From the NCBI GenBank assembly GCA_963771075.1, contig CAVYSE010000018.1:108551-172550 (forward strand): DNA of 64,000 bases. The letters are read 5' to 3'. The translations under genes were made by a program, and so were the position numbers. Under the pieces are notes generated by a model. It was given only the letters and a program-made list of their open reading frames with translations, had not been told where the DNA came from and made no database searches. Each line of letters starts with the position of its first letter. Position 1 is the stretch's first letter. This document shows positions 1 to 9,883 of the stretch, one piece after another. The DNA is from a candidate division FCPU426 bacterium (GTDB lineage Bacteria; Oederibacteriota; Muellerivitia; Muellerivitales; Muellerivitaceae).

Positions 1-1
1 C

Positions 2-3000
2 CCGGGAGGCGTCTTCAGCGACGGGGCCACCTTGTTCGTCGCGGATACCGGTTACAACCGGATCCTGGTCTACAGCCCGATCCCCTCGAACTCCACCGTC
101 GCGCCGAATTTTATCATCGGCCAACCCGATTATTTCACCGGGACCGCCAACACGGGGGGCGCCTCGTCCCAATCCCTCAGCACGCCCTACCATGTCTTTG
201 AGGCGGGGGGGAAACTTTTTGTGGCGGATTCGGGCAACAACCGGGTTCTGATTTACAACAGCCTGCCGTCGGGTTTTGGCGCTTCCGCGGACGTGGAAAT
301 CGGCCAGCCCAACATGACCACCGTCACGGCCAATACGGGAGGGCTGAGCGCCCAATCCCTGTCCCTTCCCGCGAATGTTTTCTCGGACGGGACCCGGTTG
401 TTCGTCGCCGACGTCGGCAATAACCGGGTATTGATCTTTAACAGCATTCCCGTGACCCAAAACGCGGCGGCCGATGTCGTGATCGGCCAACCCAATATGA
501 CCACCGCCACCGCCAGCGCGCCGGCATCCTTCAGCCTGAGTTCACCCGCAGGGGTATGGGGGGACGGGACCCGCCTCTTCGTTTCCGATTACGGCAACAA
601 CCGGGTTTTGGTCTATAACTCCATCCCGGTTACGAACAATACCCCCGCCGACCAGGTGCTGGGCCAGGCCGATTTCGTGAGCGGCGGAGCCAACCGGGGA
701 AGCTGTATCGGGCCCAACACCCTCTATCATCCCTGGGCGGTCGCCCAGGCGGGAACCCAATTCCTGGTGTCCGATAATACCAATCACCGGGTTTTGATTT
801 TTCAGGATACCCCGATGCCGACCGCCACTCCCACCAACACTTTCGTGTTGTCGCCGACCCCTTCCTCCACCGGTACCCCGACTTCCACCCCGACATCCAC
901 CTTCACTTCCGCGATGACCTCCCTTCCTACCTCCACCCCGGGGCCTGGAAGCGTGCTTGGAAATTTAGGCGCCGACCAGTTCGTCAGCGCGGTCGCGGTA
1001 TCGGGCAACACGGTCTATATAGGAGGCGCTTTCCAGAAAATCGGAATCAAGGTGGGGCAGGGGGCGGCGCTCGACCCGACGAACGGAACACCCCTCCCCA
1101 ATTCCGCGCCGGTTTCCGGCACCCGGATCAACGCGGTCATAAGCGACGGATCGGGCGGCTGGTATATCGGGGGGGATTTCACCTGCGTGCAGGGGATGCC
1201 GATCTCCTACCTCGCCCATATCCTCCCCGGCGGGAACCTGGATACGAACTTTAATCCCCCGGCGCTTTCTTACCCGCTCTATGCCCTCGCCCTTTCGGGA
1301 AACACCCTTTATTTTGGAGGGCAATTTTTCTACGTCGGGGCTTCGAGCCGAAACAACGTGGCCGCGGTCAATGCCACGACGGGAGCCCTCCTCCCCTGGA
1401 ACCCGGGAACGAACGGGACGGTCAACGCCCTGGCGGTTTCGGGCAGTACGGTTTACATCGGGGGAAGCTTCACCCAGGTGGCGTCGACCACCCGTAATTA
1501 CGGCGGCGCGGTGGACGCTTCCTCGGGCGCCCTTCTTTCATGGAACCCCAACCTCAATTCCTACATCGCCGCCATCGCGGTGGGGGCGGGTTCCGTCTAT
1601 ATCGGGGGAAGTTTCACGACGATCAACGGGGGAACCGCCCAAAATTACATCGCGGCCGTGGACCCGGCCACGGGCGCGCCGCAGGCCTTTAACCCGAACC
1701 CCAATGGGACGGTGTACGGCCTTTTGATCTCAGGCACGACCCTCTACGCGGGCGGCAGTTTTAACCTGGTCGGGGCTACGAACCGGAATTACCTTGCCTC
1801 CTGGGACACGGGAACGGGAACCCTTCAGGCCTGGAACCCCAATTGCAATGGGCAGGTCCAATCCCTGGATGTTTCCGGGTCGTCGATCTATGTGGCGGGA
1901 GGGTTCGCGACGATCGGGGGCGCGGCCCGCGCGAACCTGGCGGCGGTCGACGCGACCAGCGGAGCGGTTTTGGCCTGGAATCCCAACTCGAATTCAACGG
2001 CCTACGCGGTGGCGGTTTCAGGCGGGAACGTCTATGTGGGCGGGGGATTCACCCTCATGGGGGCGGTGACCCGAAACCACGTGGCGGCCATCGATATCCC
2101 CTCGGGAACGCTTTTGAGCTGGAACCCCGACGCGGATGAGCAGGTTACCGCCCTGGCCGTTTCCGGCAGCACGGTTTATATCGGCGGTTTTTTCATCCAT
2201 ATCAATGGCACGGTCGCCCGCAATTATTTGGCCTCGGTCGATACCCTTTCCGGTTCCGCCCGGCCCTTTAATCCCAACCTCAATTACAATCCTTACTCGC
2301 TGATCGTTTCGGGGACGACCCTCTATGTCGCGGGTAATTTTTCCCTTTGCGGGTCCACCACCCGCAACAACCTGGCCGCGGTGGACTCCACGTCGGGTTC
2401 CCTTCTCTCGTGGAACCCCAACGCGAACAATATCGTTTACGGTCTCGCCCAGTCGGGCTCGACGATCTACGCCGGGGGCAATTTTACGGCGATGAACGGG
2501 GGTACGACCCGCAATTACCTCGCGGCAGTGGACGGCACCACCGGCAACTTACTGCCTTGGAACCCGAACCCCAATTCTTACGTGAACGTTTTGACCGCTT
2601 CCGGGAACCGGGTCTACGCGGGCGGATGGTTCACCACGATGAATGGAGGCACCCCCCAAAGTTACCTCGCGGCCTTGGACGGGACGACGGGGACGGACCT
2701 GGCCTGGAATCCCAACCCCAACAACGCGGTGGATGCCCTGGCCCTTTCCGGCGGGGTCCTGTACACGGGCGGTGTTTTTACAGCGATCGGGGGCGCATCC
2801 AGGAGCATGATGGCCGCCTTGGACGCGGCCTCTGGAACAGCGCTTTCATGGACCGCGAACACGAACATTCAGGTATCCTCGATTGCCCTTTCGCCGGGAA
2901 ATGTATTCATGGGCGGGGATTTCACGGCTTTTGGATGTTTGCCCGCCTATTATTACGGCCAGATCGGGGCCGCTCCCACGGCCACCATAACTTCCACCGT

Positions 3001-5659
3001 TACCTCAACGTCCACGCCCACCGCCACTTCCACCTCCACGCCCACACCTAGCCCGACTTACTCACCTACCCAAACACCGACTATTACATCCACTTGGACA
3101 CCCACGACGACTGCCACGATCACCCCCGACCCTTCCGATACGGTCTCCTCCACCTCCACTATCACCTTAACACCCACGGTTACCGATACTTACACCAACA
3201 CCATTACCAATAGCCCGACCATTACGGAAACCCCGACCGTCACCTTAACACCCACTTCCACGGATACTTACACGAGCACGATTACCCTGTCCCCGACTGG
3301 AACCGTAACACCTACGATTTCCGATACACCCACTAACACCAACACCATTACGAATAGCCCGACAATCACGGATACCCCGACCGGTACGAACACGGTCACC
3401 ACCAGCCCGACCTATACGAATACGGTTACGAACAGCTCGACTATTACCGACACTCCAACCAACACCAATACGATCACTTTGACACCCACGATTTCCGATA
3501 CACCCACGCAAACAAACACTATTACGAATAGCCCAACGATCACGGATACGCCGACTGGCACGAATACGATCACCAGCAGCCCGACCTATACAGATACGGT
3601 GACCAATACCCCGACCATTACCGACACTCCAACCAACACCAATACGATCACTTTGACACCCACGATTTCCGATACGCTAACCCAAACCAACACGATTACG
3701 AATAGCCCGACGATCACGGATACCCCGACCAACACGAACACGATCACCAGCAGCCCGACCTATACAGATACGGTGACCAATACCCCGACCATTACCGACA
3801 GTCCTACCAACACCAATACGATCACATTGACACCCACGATTTCCGATACGCCAACCCAAACCAACACGATTACGAATAGCCCGACGATCACGGATACACC
3901 GACCGGTACGAACACGGTCACCACCAGCCCGACCTATACGAATACGGTCACGAACAGCCCGACCATCACCGACACTCCAACCAACACCAATACGATCACC
4001 CTGTCCCCGACTGGGACCTTGACACCCACTATTTCTAATACACCTACCCAAACCAACACGATTACGAATAGCCCGACGATCACGGATACCCCGACCAATA
4101 CGAATACGATCACCAGCACCCCGACCTATACCGATACAGTCACGAACAGCCCGACCATTACCGACACTCCCACCAGCACCAATACGATCACCCTGTCCCC
4201 GACTGGGACCTTGACACCCACTATTTCTGATACACCTACCCAAACCAACACGATTACGAATAGCCCAACGATCACGGATACCCCGACCAACACGAACACG
4301 ATCACCAGCACCCCGACCTATACCGATACAGTCACGAACAGCCCGACCAATACCGACACTCCAACCAACACCAATACGATCACCCTGTCCCCGACTGGGA
4401 CCTTGACACCCACTATTTCTGATACACCAACTACCACCAACACCATTACGAATAGCCCAACGATCACGGATACCCCGACCAATACGAATACGATCACCAG
4501 CACCCCGACCTATACGGACACGGTGACTAATACTCCGACCATTACCGACAGCCCCACAAGCACCAATACGATCACCCTGTCCCCGACTGGGACCTTGACA
4601 CCCACTATTTCTGATACACCAACTACCACCAACACCATTACGAATAGCCCAACGATCACGGATACCCCGACCAATACGAATACGATCACCAGCACCCCGA
4701 CCTATACGGACACGGTGACTAATACTCCGACCATTACCGACAGCCCCACAAGCACCAATACGATCACCCTGTCCCCGACTGGGACCCTGACACCCACGAT
4801 TTCCGATACGCCTACCCAAACCAACACCATTACCAATAGCCCGATAATCACGGATACACCGACCCCTTCCTTCTCCCCGACCGGTACTTCCTCGCAAACG
4901 CCGGTTTTCACGGACACGATTACCCTGACCCCGAGCTATACCTGGACTAATACCCCCATCAATACCGTTACCTATACCGTTACGGCAACGGAAACCCCCA
5001 CTTCCAGCCTAACCACCACACCTTCCAGTACCGAAACCCCAACGCCTAGCCTCACCAGCACGCCTACCCCCACTCCCCCCAACACCCCCACAGATAGCCT
5101 CACCCCCACGATGACATTCACCGGGACATTCACGCCCACAAGCACCCCGACGGCCTCTTTGACCTCCACTGCCACGCCATCCGAAACCGGAACCCTCACC
5201 TTGTCTCCCACCGAGACTTGGACCCCTTCGGATACCCTCACGCCAACCGAATCGCCCACGGTCACTATCACCGCAACCTTTACCCCCTCCCCCACATTGA
5301 CCCTCACCCCCACGATCACCCAATCTCCCACCGTGACCCTTTCCCCCACCCCGACGCCGACCTTGGGCACCGGTTCCTACCTTTATTTGAGCGCGAACCG
5401 TTTCAATGTGTTATCCGACCCGCCCCTGCGCGTGGATTGCGGGACCTTGAACGGCGGCGACCTCCAATTGCGGGTTTACAACGCGGTCGGAGCCACCATC
5501 CGGCATCTTTATTCGGGAAACCAGCCATCCGGGGGCTTCAGCCTTTATTGGGACGGCCTGGACGATAACGGGCAGGCGGCCTCGACCGGTTTGTACCTCG
5601 TCGCCCTGATCGAAACCTCGCAGACTCAGATCAAAAAAGTCGTGGTGGTGAAACAGTGA
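2..5659 (+). CDS. Giant secreted surface protein, 5'-truncated by the window edge. Contains NHL-type repeats, about 13 beta-propeller-type 48-aa repeats, a Thr/Pro-rich tandem-repeat stalk and a FlgD-Ig/T9SS-like C-terminal domain.
   Basis: The ORF is open to nt 2: PGGVFSDGATLFVADTGYNRILVY precedes the first listed start, so the gene begins upstream. GNNRVLIYN/GNNRVLIFN/GNNRVLVYN motifs recur every ~47 aa. WNPNxNGxVxALAVSGxTVYxGGxF units recur every ~48 aa (nt ~1000-2940). TPT-rich low complexity spans nt ~2990-5340. The C-terminus reads LRVYNAVGATIRHL..LYWDGLDDNGQAASTGLYLVALIE..KKVVVVKQ. Confidence 0.85.
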   Translation, partial: PGGVFSDGATLFVADTGYNRILVYSPIPSNSTVAPNFIIGQPDYFTGTANTGGASSQSLSTPYHVFEAGGKLFVADSGNNRVLIYNSLPSGFGASADVEIGQPNMTTVTANTGGLSAQSLSLPANVFSDGTRLFVADVGNNRVLIFNSIPVTQNAAADVVIGQPNMTTATASAPASFSLSSPAGVWGDGTRLFVSDYGNNRVLVYNSIPVTNNTPADQVLGQADFVSGGANRGSCIGPNTLYHPWAVAQAGTQFLVSDNTNHRVLIFQDTPMPTATPTNTFVLSPTPSSTGTPTSTPTSTFTSAMTSLPTSTPGPGSVLGNLGADQFVSAVAVSGNTVYIGGAFQKIGIKVGQGAALDPTNGTPLPNSAPVSGTRINAVISDGSGGWYIGGDFTCVQGMPISYLAHILPGGNLDTNFNPPALSYPLYALALSGNTLYFGGQFFYVGASSRNNVAAVNATTGALLPWNPGTNGTVNALAVSGSTVYIGGSFTQVASTTRNYGGAVDASSGALLSWNPNLNSYIAAIAVGAGSVYIGGSFTTINGGTAQNYIAAVDPATGAPQAFNPNPNGTVYGLLISGTTLYAGGSFNLVGATNRNYLASWDTGTGTLQAWNPNCNGQVQSLDVSGSSIYVAGGFATIGGAARANLAAVDATSGAVLAWNPNSNSTAYAVAVSGGNVYVGGGFTLMGAVTRNHVAAIDIPSGTLLSWNPDADEQVTALAVSGSTVYIGGFFIHINGTVARNYLASVDTLSGSARPFNPNLNYNPYSLIVSGTTLYVAGNFSLCGSTTRNNLAAVDSTSGSLLSWNPNANNIVYGLAQSGSTIYAGGNFTAMNGGTTRNYLAAVDGTTGNLLPWNPNPNSYVNVLTASGNRVYAGGWFTTMNGGTPQSYLAALDGTTGTDLAWNPNPNNAVDALALSGGVLYTGGVFTAIGGASRSMMAALDAASGTALSWTANTNIQVSSIALSPGNVFMGGDFTAFGCLPAYYYGQIGAAPTATITSTVTSTSTPTATSTSTPTPSPTYSPTQTPTITSTWTPTTTATITPDPSDTVSSTSTITLTPTVTDTYTNTITNSPTITETPTVTLTPTSTDTYTSTITLSPTGTVTPTISDTPTNTNTITNSPTITDTPTGTNTVTTSPTYTNTVTNSSTITDTPTNTNTITLTPTISDTPTQTNTITNSPTITDTPTGTNTITSSPTYTDTVTNTPTITDTPTNTNTITLTPTISDTLTQTNTITNSPTITDTPTNTNTITSSPTYTDTVTNTPTITDSPTNTNTITLTPTISDTPTQTNTITNSPTITDTPTGTNTVTTSPTYTNTVTNSPTITDTPTNTNTITLSPTGTLTPTISNTPTQTNTITNSPTITDTPTNTNTITSTPTYTDTVTNSPTITDTPTSTNTITLSPTGTLTPTISDTPTQTNTITNSPTITDTPTNTNTITSTPTYTDTVTNSPTNTDTPTNTNTITLSPTGTLTPTISDTPTTTNTITNSPTITDTPTNTNTITSTPTYTDTVTNTPTITDSPTSTNTITLSPTGTLTPTISDTPTTTNTITNSPTITDTPTNTNTITSTPTYTDTVTNTPTITDSPTSTNTITLSPTGTLTPTISDTPTQTNTITNSPIITDTPTPSFSPTGTSSQTPVFTDTITLTPSYTWTNTPINTVTYTVTATETPTSSLTTTPSSTETPTPSLTSTPTPTPPNTPTDSLTPTMTFTGTFTPTSTPTASLTSTATPSETGTLTLSPTETWTPSDTLTPTESPTVTITATFTPSPTLTLTPTITQSPTVTLSPTPTPTLGTGSYLYLSANRFNVLSDPPLRVDCGTLNGGDLQLRVYNAVGATIRHLYSGNQPSGGFSLYWDGLDDNGQAASTGLYLVALIETSQTQIKKVVVVKQ
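3300..4860. repeat. In-frame tandem repeat array inside the giant ORF: about 4 units of 174 bp followed by about 5 units of 192 bp (Thr/Pro-rich stalk).
   Basis: The marker string cacccac(g/t)atttc(c/t)(g/a)atac recurs at ~3309, 3483, 3657 and 3831 (174-bp spacing), then at 4023, 4215, 4407, 4599 and 4791 (192-bp spacing). The 18-bp difference is an extra SPTGTL module. Antisense ORFs with 192-bp periodicity (3934, 4126, 4318, 4510, 4702) reflect the same array. Confidence 0.9.
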
Positions 5660-7545
5660 GGAAACGAACCCTCCTCGCGCTTTTCCTTCTCTTTCTCATC
5701 CCCTGGAAGGGAACCCGGGCGGCGAATTCGCTCACGAGCGGGGCCGATTTCCTGTTGATGACCACCGGCGCCCGTCCGGACGGCATGGGACAGGCCTTCA
5801 GCGCCGTGGCGGACGATATCAACACCCTTACGTTCAACCCCGCGGGCCTGGGAAATATCAGGCTTCCCGAGGTCGGCTACGGCCACGAAAGTTTTTTCTC
5901 GGACATTAGTTATGATTTTTTGGGCGCGGCGGTACCGGCCGGCGAGCTGGGTGTTTTGGGTTTGGGCTACCTGGGCATGGGAACCCCGCCTTTCAACAGC
6001 ACCGCCGACCCCGCCGCCGCAACCTCCTCCGTGATGGACCAGGCCTTTATCGGGGCGTGGGGCAAGTCCTTTTACGACTTCCATGTGGGCGCGGCCCTTA
6101 AATACATCCAGGAAAAGGTGGACACGATCCAGGGAACGGGTTTCGCGGTGGACCTGGGCGCGCGTTTCCGGATCCTGCCCCAATTGACCCTGGCGGGCGC
6201 GGTTTTGAACCTCGGGTCGGGTATCCAATTTTCCTCGCTGGAACCCCTTCCGCTGGTGGCGAACACCGGGGTGGCTTGGAACGCCTATGAAGACCCGAAC
6301 CACAGCCTGACCTTGGCGGGGGACGGTTCCTTTGAGGTGAACTCCAACCTCCAGCATTACAGCGTGGGCGCGGAGTATTGGTTCAAGGACATGGTGGCGT
6401 TGAGGGCCGGATACCTGGCGAATTCCCAGGATGAGGGATTTTCAGTCGGCGCGGGATTTAAGTACCAGTTTTTCCAGTTGGATTACGCCTTCGAGCCCTA
6501 CAACCAACTCGGATCGGTCCACCGCTTTTCGGGTTTGTTGCGCTGGGACGGGCCTTGGGTCGCGGGCGGGGAACCCAACGCCCCGAAATATGTAACCGCC
6601 CGCCCGGGTCCGAGGGGGCTTGAAATCCGGTGGGATAAAGCGTTTGGCCCGGTCCATGCCTATGAGGTCCATATCCAGCCCTTGGATGGAAGGGAGGAGA
6701 TGGTCAGCCCGGCGGTGATCAACCCGGTTTTCCTGTTCAAGGATTGGGACCCCAAAACCCTTTATAAGATCACGGTTCGTTCCGTCGGGGAGGGGGGAGC
6801 CCACAGTTATCCCTCCAAGGAAACCTATTTCCTCTCCAAGGAAAGCGCAAACCCCAGTCCCGCCGAGGCGGTTGAAAGCGATCGGCGGGGGAACCAGGTT
6901 TCCGTCGCCATCGGGTTGCAGGGCCAAGTGGACGGTATCGGATTACGCTTAACTTGGAATGCCCTGAATGGAAGCGATATGACCGGCTATTCCCTCTACC
7001 GCCAGTCTCCCTCGGGACAGGTGGAGAAGGTCAGCCAGGCGCTGAAAAAAAGGACCACCCTCTGGGTGATGGATGCCTCGGGTCTTTACGGCTGGACCTG
7101 GCTCGTGACAGGTGTTTACCGGGACGGACGGGAAAGGGTTTTGGGCGCCTACCTCTGGTACCCTTCCGAGGAGGAATCGGACCGTTTGGCGGGTAAAAAC
7201 CAATTACGGCTTTACGCCAGCCCCCAGCCCCATCGAAGGGTCTACCTGGATTGGGACAAGGACCCGGAGGCCGCGGGTTATTCCCTATTGGTCAGCCGGG
7301 CCGGTGACGGCGTTTATGAGCTGTATCAAGAACTGGGCCGCGCCCATGCCAGCGGGTTGTTCACCGTGGGAGGGAAGCAGAACCCCTATTATTTCGTGGT
7401 GGGGTCCAAAAAGGGGGAGGGACAGTGGGCGAATCATACCAATGAAGCCAAGGCGGAGTTGTTCAACGAAATGCCCGAGATCAATCGAAATTCCTCCCCG
7501 GACCTGTTCGGGGGCCGGGAAGCTACGCCACTGGATGATTATTAA
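5656..7545 (+). CDS. PorV/PorQ/UPF0164-like outer-membrane beta-barrel fused to three C-terminal FN3-like modules.
   Basis: The GTG start overlaps the upstream stop (GTGA at 5656-5659). It has a signal peptide (LLALFLLFLIPWKGTRA). The N-terminal motif GADFLLMTTGARPDGMGQAFSAVADDINTLTFNPAGLG and the barrel end LDYAFEPYNQLGSVHRFSGLLRW resemble PorV-family proteins. The region from nt ~6568 on has repeated 'LEIRWDKA..YEVHIQP', 'LRLTWNAL..GYSLYRQ' and 'VYLDWDKD..GYSLLVSR' FN3-like patterns. Confidence 0.7.
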   Translation: MRKRTLLALFLLFLIPWKGTRAANSLTSGADFLLMTTGARPDGMGQAFSAVADDINTLTFNPAGLGNIRLPEVGYGHESFFSDISYDFLGAAVPAGELGVLGLGYLGMGTPPFNSTADPAAATSSVMDQAFIGAWGKSFYDFHVGAALKYIQEKVDTIQGTGFAVDLGARFRILPQLTLAGAVLNLGSGIQFSSLEPLPLVANTGVAWNAYEDPNHSLTLAGDGSFEVNSNLQHYSVGAEYWFKDMVALRAGYLANSQDEGFSVGAGFKYQFFQLDYAFEPYNQLGSVHRFSGLLRWDGPWVAGGEPNAPKYVTARPGPRGLEIRWDKAFGPVHAYEVHIQPLDGREEMVSPAVINPVFLFKDWDPKTLYKITVRSVGEGGAHSYPSKETYFLSKESANPSPAEAVESDRRGNQVSVAIGLQGQVDGIGLRLTWNALNGSDMTGYSLYRQSPSGQVEKVSQALKKRTTLWVMDASGLYGWTWLVTGVYRDGRERVLGAYLWYPSEEESDRLAGKNQLRLYASPQPHRRVYLDWDKDPEAAGYSLLVSRAGDGVYELYQELGRAHASGLFTVGGKQNPYYFVVGSKKGEGQWANHTNEAKAELFNEMPEINRNSSPDLFGGREATPLDDY

Positions 7546-7576
7546 AAGCAAATCCCACAAACCCATCCCCTGAAAA

Positions 7577-8506
7577 ATGCGCCGATGGCGAAGAACCCTT
7601 TCTGTGGTTAAAATGTGGCGCTTCCTTAATGAGCCGCCCTCGAACCGAGCCGGCAAAGTGAAAACTCTTCAAAGGGTTCCATTGAAAAACACGCCCCGAA
7701 ATTTCGAAGCCCGGGTCCTGGTCAACGAGCCGGCCGGGAACTATTTCCGAATGATCTTCCAGGACCAGGGGGTCCTCCGGAAGGCCCTTCCAGGCCAATT
7801 CATCAATGTCCGCGTCTCGAAGGGACTGAACCCCCTTCTTCGCCGGCCCTTTTCCATCGCCCGGGTCCTGCCCGCTCCCAAAGGAAAGACCCGCGTCGAG
7901 ATCCTTTACGCCCGCATGAGGGAAGGCACCCGGTTGTTGTCCCTCAAGAAACCCGGAGAGACCATCGATGTGCTGGGCCCCCTGGGAAAGCCCTTCCCCT
8001 TTTTGGACCGGAAACACCCCGTTTTGATCGTGAGCGGGGGCATCGGGGTGGCGCCCCTGGTTTTCCTGGCCGAAGTCCTGAAACAAAAGAAAGTTCCCAT
8101 GACCGTCTTTTTGGGGGCCCGGTCCGCGGGCGACTTGATTGACCTGGATGTATTCAAAAAGCTCAAGGTCCCTCTTTATATATCCACCGATGACGGATCC
8201 AAGGGCCAAAAGGGTTTCGTGACCCAATTGCTGGACGACTACCTGGACAAGGGCGAGATCCCCAAGGGCACCGTGATCTACGCCTGCGGGCCCCGGCCCA
8301 TGTTCAAGGCGGTATCCATGGTGGGGGCGAAATTCGAGGTGCCGACCTATCTATCCTGGGAAGAACACATGGGATGCGGCTTAGGGATCTGCCTGACCTG
8401 CGTCTGCCCGGTCAAGCGGGAGGATGGGACCATTCAAATGGTGCGGAGCTGTTACGAGGGCCCGGTTTTTGACGCGACGAAAGTGGAATGGGGGAAGCTG
8501 GGATGA
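7577..8506 (+). CDS. pyrK: Dihydroorotate dehydrogenase (class 1B) electron-transfer subunit.
   Basis: FAD/NAD-binding pattern (RRPFSIA, GGIGVAPLVFL) and a C-terminal 2Fe-2S cysteine cluster (MGCGLGICLTCVCPVK). It lies upstream of pyrD. The true start may be one of the internal Met codons (for example ~7613). Confidence 0.85.
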   Translation: MRRWRRTLSVVKMWRFLNEPPSNRAGKVKTLQRVPLKNTPRNFEARVLVNEPAGNYFRMIFQDQGVLRKALPGQFINVRVSKGLNPLLRRPFSIARVLPAPKGKTRVEILYARMREGTRLLSLKKPGETIDVLGPLGKPFPFLDRKHPVLIVSGGIGVAPLVFLAEVLKQKKVPMTVFLGARSAGDLIDLDVFKKLKVPLYISTDDGSKGQKGFVTQLLDDYLDKGEIPKGTVIYACGPRPMFKAVSMVGAKFEVPTYLSWEEHMGCGLGICLTCVCPVKREDGTIQMVRSCYEGPVFDATKVEWGKLG

Positions 8507-8542
8507 AAAACAATATATCCGGGGAATAGAAGGGAGCGGGTC

Positions 8543-8893
8543 ATGAAAACTCAACACCGTCGCGCGCCTTCCTCGGAAGGGTTCTCCGACTACGAGGAAC
8601 GCATCAAGGAACTAAAGAGGAAAAAGCCGGAGATATATAAGGCCCTCAAGAGCCCCGATCCGCTCGCCTGTTTGGCGTGGAACGTCATCGAACTTCGGGG
8701 CGATAAGGGATGGAGCCAGCAGGAATTGTCCCATCGGGCCGGGGTGGCCAAAAGGGTGATTGCTTATATTGAAGCCTACGAATCCTTCACGGAAAGCTAC
8801 AATGCCTCCGTGAAACTCTTGATCAAAATCAGCCGGGCCCTGGGGGTTTCCTTTTCCAGGCTTTTCCAAGAAGTGGACTTGACGAAGGTATAA
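8543..8893 (+). CDS. XRE-family helix-turn-helix transcriptional regulator.
   Basis: Core HTH_3-like segment: IELRGDKGWSQQELSHRAGVAKRVIAYIE...LIKISRALGVSFSRLF. It is inserted between pyrK and pyrD. Confidence 0.7.
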   Translation: MKTQHRRAPSSEGFSDYEERIKELKRKKPEIYKALKSPDPLACLAWNVIELRGDKGWSQQELSHRAGVAKRVIAYIEAYESFTESYNASVKLLIKISRALGVSFSRLFQEVDLTKV

Positions 8894-8926
8894 GCGCCAA
8901 CTCGGAAAGAAACGATCGAATCAATC

Positions 8927-9883
8927 ATGAAAAAGAAAAAACCTGCAAAACTCAAGCCGACGGCTAAGGCTCCCGACATGGGCGTCACCATCGGCAAGCT
9001 CAAGATGGTCAATCCCGTCATGGTGGCTTCGGGTTGTTTCGGCTATGGCGAGGAAATTTCCAAGTTCTATCCCTTGAAGCGATTGGGCGCCATTATGGTG
9101 AAGGGAACGACCCTGGAACCCCGGCAGGGCAACCTGTTGCCCCGCATGGCGGAAACCCCCTCGGGCATGTTGAATTCCATCGGATTGCAAAACGTCGGGG
9201 TGGAAGCCTTCCTGAAAGAAAAGATGCCCTTTTTGCGGAAGGCCGGCGTACCGGTGGTGGTGAATATCAACGGCCGGACCATCGAGGAATACGCCGAACT
9301 GGCGGCCCGGTTGGACGGGCAACCCGGCATCGGCGCACTGGAAGTGAATATCTCCTGTCCCAATGTGAAGGAGGGAGGGATCGAGTTCGGTTCCAACCCC
9401 GAAATGGCCGCGCGGGTAGTCACGGCGGTGCGAAAAGCCACCACCCACACCCTGATCACCAAGCTTTCCCCCAACGTTACCAGCGTGAAGGTGATCGCCC
9501 GAGCCTGCGTGGAGGCCGGTTCGGACGCCCTCTCGGCCATCAATACGCTGGTGGGCATGGCCATCGACGCCAAGACTCGCAAGCCCCTGCTCCGTCAAGT
9601 GACCGGCGGCCTGTCCGGACCGGCCGTCAAGCCCATTGGCCTCCGGGTGGTTTACCAGATCCGGCAGGAAGTGAAAGTTCCTATCGTGGGCATGGGGGGC
9701 ATCGTGACGGGAGAGGACGCGGCGGAATATATGCTGGCCGGCGCCTCGGCGGTGGCGGTGGGGACCGCCAATTATTTGGAGCCGAGGGCGGCGTTGAACG
9801 TGGTGGAGGGCCTGGAAAAATACATGGTGGAACAAAAAATCCGGAATGTTTCCTCTTTGGTCGGAGGGCTGATTGTTCCTTAA
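8927..9883 (+). CDS. pyrD: Dihydroorotate dehydrogenase B, catalytic subunit.
   Basis: NPVMVASGCFGYGEE, MVKGTTLEPRQGN, PSGMLNSIGLQNVG, NISCPNVKEGG and GGLSGPAVKPIGLR are typical of class 1B PyrD. An alternative start is at 8978 (MGVTIGKLKMVNPV). Confidence 0.9.
   Translation: MKKKKPAKLKPTAKAPDMGVTIGKLKMVNPVMVASGCFGYGEEISKFYPLKRLGAIMVKGTTLEPRQGNLLPRMAETPSGMLNSIGLQNVGVEAFLKEKMPFLRKAGVPVVVNINGRTIEEYAELAARLDGQPGIGALEVNISCPNVKEGGIEFGSNPEMAARVVTAVRKATTHTLITKLSPNVTSVKVIARACVEAGSDALSAINTLVGMAIDAKTRKPLLRQVTGGLSGPAVKPIGLRVVYQIRQEVKVPIVGMGGIVTGEDAAEYMLAGASAVAVGTANYLEPRAALNVVEGLEKYMVEQKIRNVSSLVGGLIVP

Noticed and set aside
3245-5370. Long minus-strand ORFs inside the first giant gene. Examples are 3677-4897 (406 aa), the 61-aa series every 192 bp, and 4972-5370.
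   Set aside because: - They are antisense readings of the ACC/ACG/CCG-rich Thr/Pro repeats and translate to VGV/GRG low-complexity strings.
- They have no RBS and they mirror the sense-strand repeat period.
- The + strand ORF, with real domains and a conserved C-terminal domain, explains the region.
5626-6357. A 243-aa minus-strand ORF overlapping the first barrel gene. Analogous antisense ORFs overlap other genes, for example 7523-8227, 10600-11496, 23629-24294 and 20358-20906.
   Set aside because: Each overlaps a + strand gene with clear family motifs, and their translations are Gly/Arg/His-rich shadow frames typical of GC-rich DNA.
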